In this document: in pieces, positions 38,593-40,481 of the stretch | How the letters are laid out: each line of letters opens with the position of its first letter | How positions within the stretch are numbered: position 1 is the stretch's first letter | Origin: Planktothrix mougeotii LEGE 06226 | Lineage (GTDB): Bacteria > Cyanobacteriota > Cyanobacteriia > Cyanobacteriales > Microcoleaceae | Direction: 5' to 3' | DNA: 40,481 nt | Assembly: GCF_015207485.1 (NCBI RefSeq) | Contig: NZ_JADEWU010000005.1 | Coordinates: 116,508 to 156,988, forward strand | Translations under genes and position numbers: made by a program | The notes under the pieces: generated by a model | Told to the model about the DNA's origin: nothing | Seen by the model: only the letters and a program-made list of their open reading frames with translations | Database searches by the model: none

Positions 38593-39201
38593 ATGAAATG
38601 GGTCTATAAAAATTGGGATTTAGAAACCGACCTAGGGTTTGTCATCCAGTGGATATTCGTAACCTGGATGGGATTTTTAGTCAGTTTAATTTGGATAGAA
38701 ATTGGAGAAAGACCCGATTTAGGAGCTTTAGAAGGAGCCCTTGGCGGATTAATTATCAGTGTGGCTCAATGGTTTGTTCTCAAAGACCATATTTCCCAGA
38801 GTTGGCGATGGATTTTCGTCCATGTTTTAATCTGGACAATCATTGCGTTCACTCCAATAGGACTCTTGGGTTGGGTGGTTCCCCGAACCTTAAATCTTAC
38901 CCCTCGAATTATTTATGGTGTTATCGAGGGAGTTAAATTAGGACTATGTTTAAGCCTTGGACAATGGTGGGTCTTACGCACCGAAGTCTTGAAACCCTGG
39001 CGATGGATCGTAGCTAGTGTACTGTCGTGGGGGATAGCATTACCCATCGGTTGGATGTTTGGGGGAATTCTACGTCAGGGGACAAGTTTTTTTCTGGGAG
39101 ATGTGTTGGGTTTAGTCCTGGTTTGGACAATCGTTGCCGGGATGACAGGAATCGCACTGACTCGGTTATTGTGGTATCCTGTTAGACCGGGTAATTGGTA
39201 G
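38593..39201 (+). CDS. Trp-rich integral membrane protein with internal sequence repeats
   Basis: Repeated modules: SQSWRWIFVHVLIWTIIAFTPIGLLGWVVPR…, LKPWRWIVASVLSWGIALPIGWMFGGIL… and the N-terminal LGFVIQWIFVTWMGFLVSLIWIEIGER. It has 6 or more TM helices. Confidence 0.5.
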   Translation: MKWVYKNWDLETDLGFVIQWIFVTWMGFLVSLIWIEIGERPDLGALEGALGGLIISVAQWFVLKDHISQSWRWIFVHVLIWTIIAFTPIGLLGWVVPRTLNLTPRIIYGVIEGVKLGLCLSLGQWWVLRTEVLKPWRWIVASVLSWGIALPIGWMFGGILRQGTSFFLGDVLGLVLVWTIVAGMTGIALTRLLWYPVRPGNW

Positions 39202-39751
39202 GAAGCATCAATTGTTTACGCAGATCAACCTCCGTTGTCTCTTCCGTGTGATTGGGAAACAATGGATCAGAGGAAACTCCAGGTGAAGTTAAAACTTCTA
39301 CGGAATACACAGGTTCCGACTCATGTTCCTGTTGCTGAGATGAATGATGCACCTCTATTCCTCCAGTAAAAATCAATTCTGTTGGATCAGGTTGAATATT
39401 TAAGAGAATTTTGGGCCCCGATATGGCTAAGTGAATCACTTGTCCATCGACTAAAGGAACTTCTTGAACCGCTTGTCCATTAACATAGGTTCCATTAGTT
39501 CCCAGATTCACAACAACCCAATCTTCACTTTGGCGACGAATCTCGACATGATACCGAGACACAACCGCACTATAGAGAACAACATCATTTTTGAGCGATC
39601 GCCCAATCCGAATCACATTGTCCTTTTTAAAGACCCAACTGCGGACAGGAATCGATTGGAGAGGATGTAATAATGTTAGTTTAATCACAAGAAAAACATG
39701 GGAAGGTTGGAAGCCTCGTCTATAAGCGAGCGAGGAGGAAAACCGGGACAA
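39182..39751 (-). CDS. FHA (forkhead-associated) domain protein
   Basis: The FHA core is VIRIGRSLKNDVVLYSAVVSRYHVEIRRQSEDWVVVNLGTNGTYVNGQAV (GR…D..L…VSR.H..I…..W.L.DLGS.NGT.VNG). The real start is probably the internal GTG near 39690. The annotated 5' extension overlaps the presumed IS end. Confidence 0.65.
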   Translation of the reverse strand: MSRFSSSLAYRRGFQPSHVFLVIKLTLLHPLQSIPVRSWVFKKDNVIRIGRSLKNDVVLYSAVVSRYHVEIRRQSEDWVVVNLGTNGTYVNGQAVQEVPLVDGQVIHLAISGPKILLNIQPDPTELIFTGGIEVHHSSQQQEHESEPVYSVEVLTSPGVSSDPLFPNHTEETTEVDLRKQLMLPTNYPV

Positions 39752-40481
39752 AAGCGGTTTTAACCGCCTGAGTTCTTTTAGAATCCATAAGAATAACCAT
39801 CCTTTTTATGAATTGATTGACAATATTTGTGACTAATTCCTGCTACTCTTCCATGAGGAGTAACAAGATCAAAACTGCCAGATGCGCGACAAAGAACTCG
39901 ACCTAAATAAAAGCCTATTTTCTTACCTTTAGTAACAACAGCTTTAACAATATCGCCCGTCTGAAAGCCTTTGTGAATCTGTATTCGTGAGCGATGTCGT
40001 GTTGGAAATCCGTATTTGTCTGTACCACACATTTGACGAGTGCCACGTCCTGTTGCCAGAATCAATAAAGGTTTATTGGTTAACACCTTTAAAGTTTCAA
40101 CTTTCCCAACACAAGCTGCATCTAGCCAATGGGTTTTAGGTAGATTTAATCGAGTGCGATTGAATTTAGTTAAACCACCGGAGCCAGTTGAAACAGGTAA
40201 ACCCGTTTCTTTTAAGCGATTAAACAGTAACCATCGGGTTGAATTAACGGCTGTAGCATCTTTTAACGGTTGTTTAGCTTGTTTCAAAATCCGGGGCAGT
40301 AAGTCAGGTTTACCTGATAGGAAATCTTGAATATCTTGATTTCCTTTCTTTTGATTACAGTCATGACAAGCAACAGTAAGATTGGAAATTCGGTCAGTTC
40401 CGCCTTGGGATTTGGGGTGAATATGTTCTACTTCTAAGGGGACATTTTCAACCCCACAGTAAGCACATTTTCTACTCCATT
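39690..40481 (-). mobile_element. Partial IS200/IS605-family (IscB-type) element, right end
   Basis: It is inferred from the iscB fragment plus about 80 bp between its stop (39778) and the probable FHA start. I cannot place a boundary by sequence alone. Confidence 0.35.
39778..40481 (-). CDS. iscB: IscB-like OMEGA RNA-guided nuclease, C-terminal half (HNH, RuvC-III, TID), 5'-truncated by window edge
   Basis: Reading from the window edge on the minus strand gives …[44 protein letters not shown] (a classic HNH). Then comes …[14 protein letters not shown] (a RuvC-III-like H..DA motif), then a Gly/Lys-rich C-terminal TID-like domain ending in [20 protein letters not shown]. The supplied ORF 39778..40287 begins at an internal Met. 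Confidence 0.6.
   Translation of the reverse strand, partial: WSRKCAYCGVENVPLEVEHIHPKSQGGTDRISNLTVACHDCNQKKGNQDIQDFLSGKPDLLPRILKQAKQPLKDATAVNSTRWLLFNRLKETGLPVSTGSGGLTKFNRTRLNLPKTHWLDAACVGKVETLKVLTNKPLLILATGRGTRQMCGTDKYGFPTRHRSRIQIHKGFQTGDIVKAVVTKGKKIGFYLGRVLCRASGSFDLVTPHGRVAGISHKYCQSIHKKDGYSYGF

Noticed and set aside
39778-40287. Supplied 169-aa ORF start (MKQAKQ…)
   Set aside because: The reading frame continues open upstream to the window edge and encodes a canonical HNH domain. The true CDS is 5'-truncated by the window and Met-40287 is internal.

Overview
This window looks cyanobacterial: the HIP1 octamer GCGATCGC recurs throughout, it carries chlL/chlN for light-independent protochlorophyllide reductase and two plant-type petF genes, and short heptamer repeats (STRR-like) occur in intergenic DNA. 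It mixes housekeeping genes with several AT-rich, accessory-looking insertions. From 5' to 3' the content is as follows.

- **1..2388:** the 3' end of an OmpR-type response regulator overlapping (ATGA) a sensor histidine kinase, followed by a secreted Met/His/Gly-rich protein.
- **2497..4372:** a convergent, 3'-overlapping pair made of a TcmP-like protein (three-Cys-motif partner) and a DUF5131 Gp37/Gp68 three-Cys protein. It is flanked by a roughly 400-bp, very AT-rich spacer.
- **4771..8798:** a SpoIID/LytB protein, two tandem petF ferredoxins that share a duplicated leader of about 200 nt, and a Gfo/Idh/MocA oxidoreductase.
- **9728..12974:** a tightly coupled three-gene operon on the minus strand (DUF262 ParB-like protein, then an ABC-type AAA ATPase with a DUF3696-like C-terminus, then a 319-aa unknown). 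It is AT-rich and sits directly downstream of chlN. I consider it the best candidate in the window for an undescribed or poorly described defense system.
- **13081..17013:** chlN, a 500-aa hyper-acidic repeat protein carrying 6 copies of a 42-bp tandem repeat, then chlL, all on the same strand.
- **17877..20809:** a TpsB/ShlB-type outer-membrane transporter with a small DUF928-like secreted protein rather than a TpsA partner.
- **21007..27590:** a transglutaminase-like protein, a small transmembrane protein, an HTH protein, an RTX calcium-binding repeat protein, palindromic intergenic repeats, a retropepsin-like protease and a degraded toxin-antitoxin remnant.
- **27572..37367:** a cell-envelope glycoconjugate cluster that resembles the mycobacterial decaprenyl-phospho-arabinose donor pathway. 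It holds a UbiA-family phosphoribosyl-polyprenyl-phosphate synthase-like enzyme, a small 4-TM flippase-like protein, two SDR epimerases, a GMC oxidoreductase, a DUF218 protein and two large GT-C-like membrane proteins.
- **37408..40481:** ThiO, a Trp-rich repeat membrane protein, an FHA protein and the 3' half of an IS200/IS605-type IscB (HNH plus RuvC-III) cut by the window edge.

I recognised no rRNA, tRNA or CRISPR array by eye; no tRNA scan was possible.
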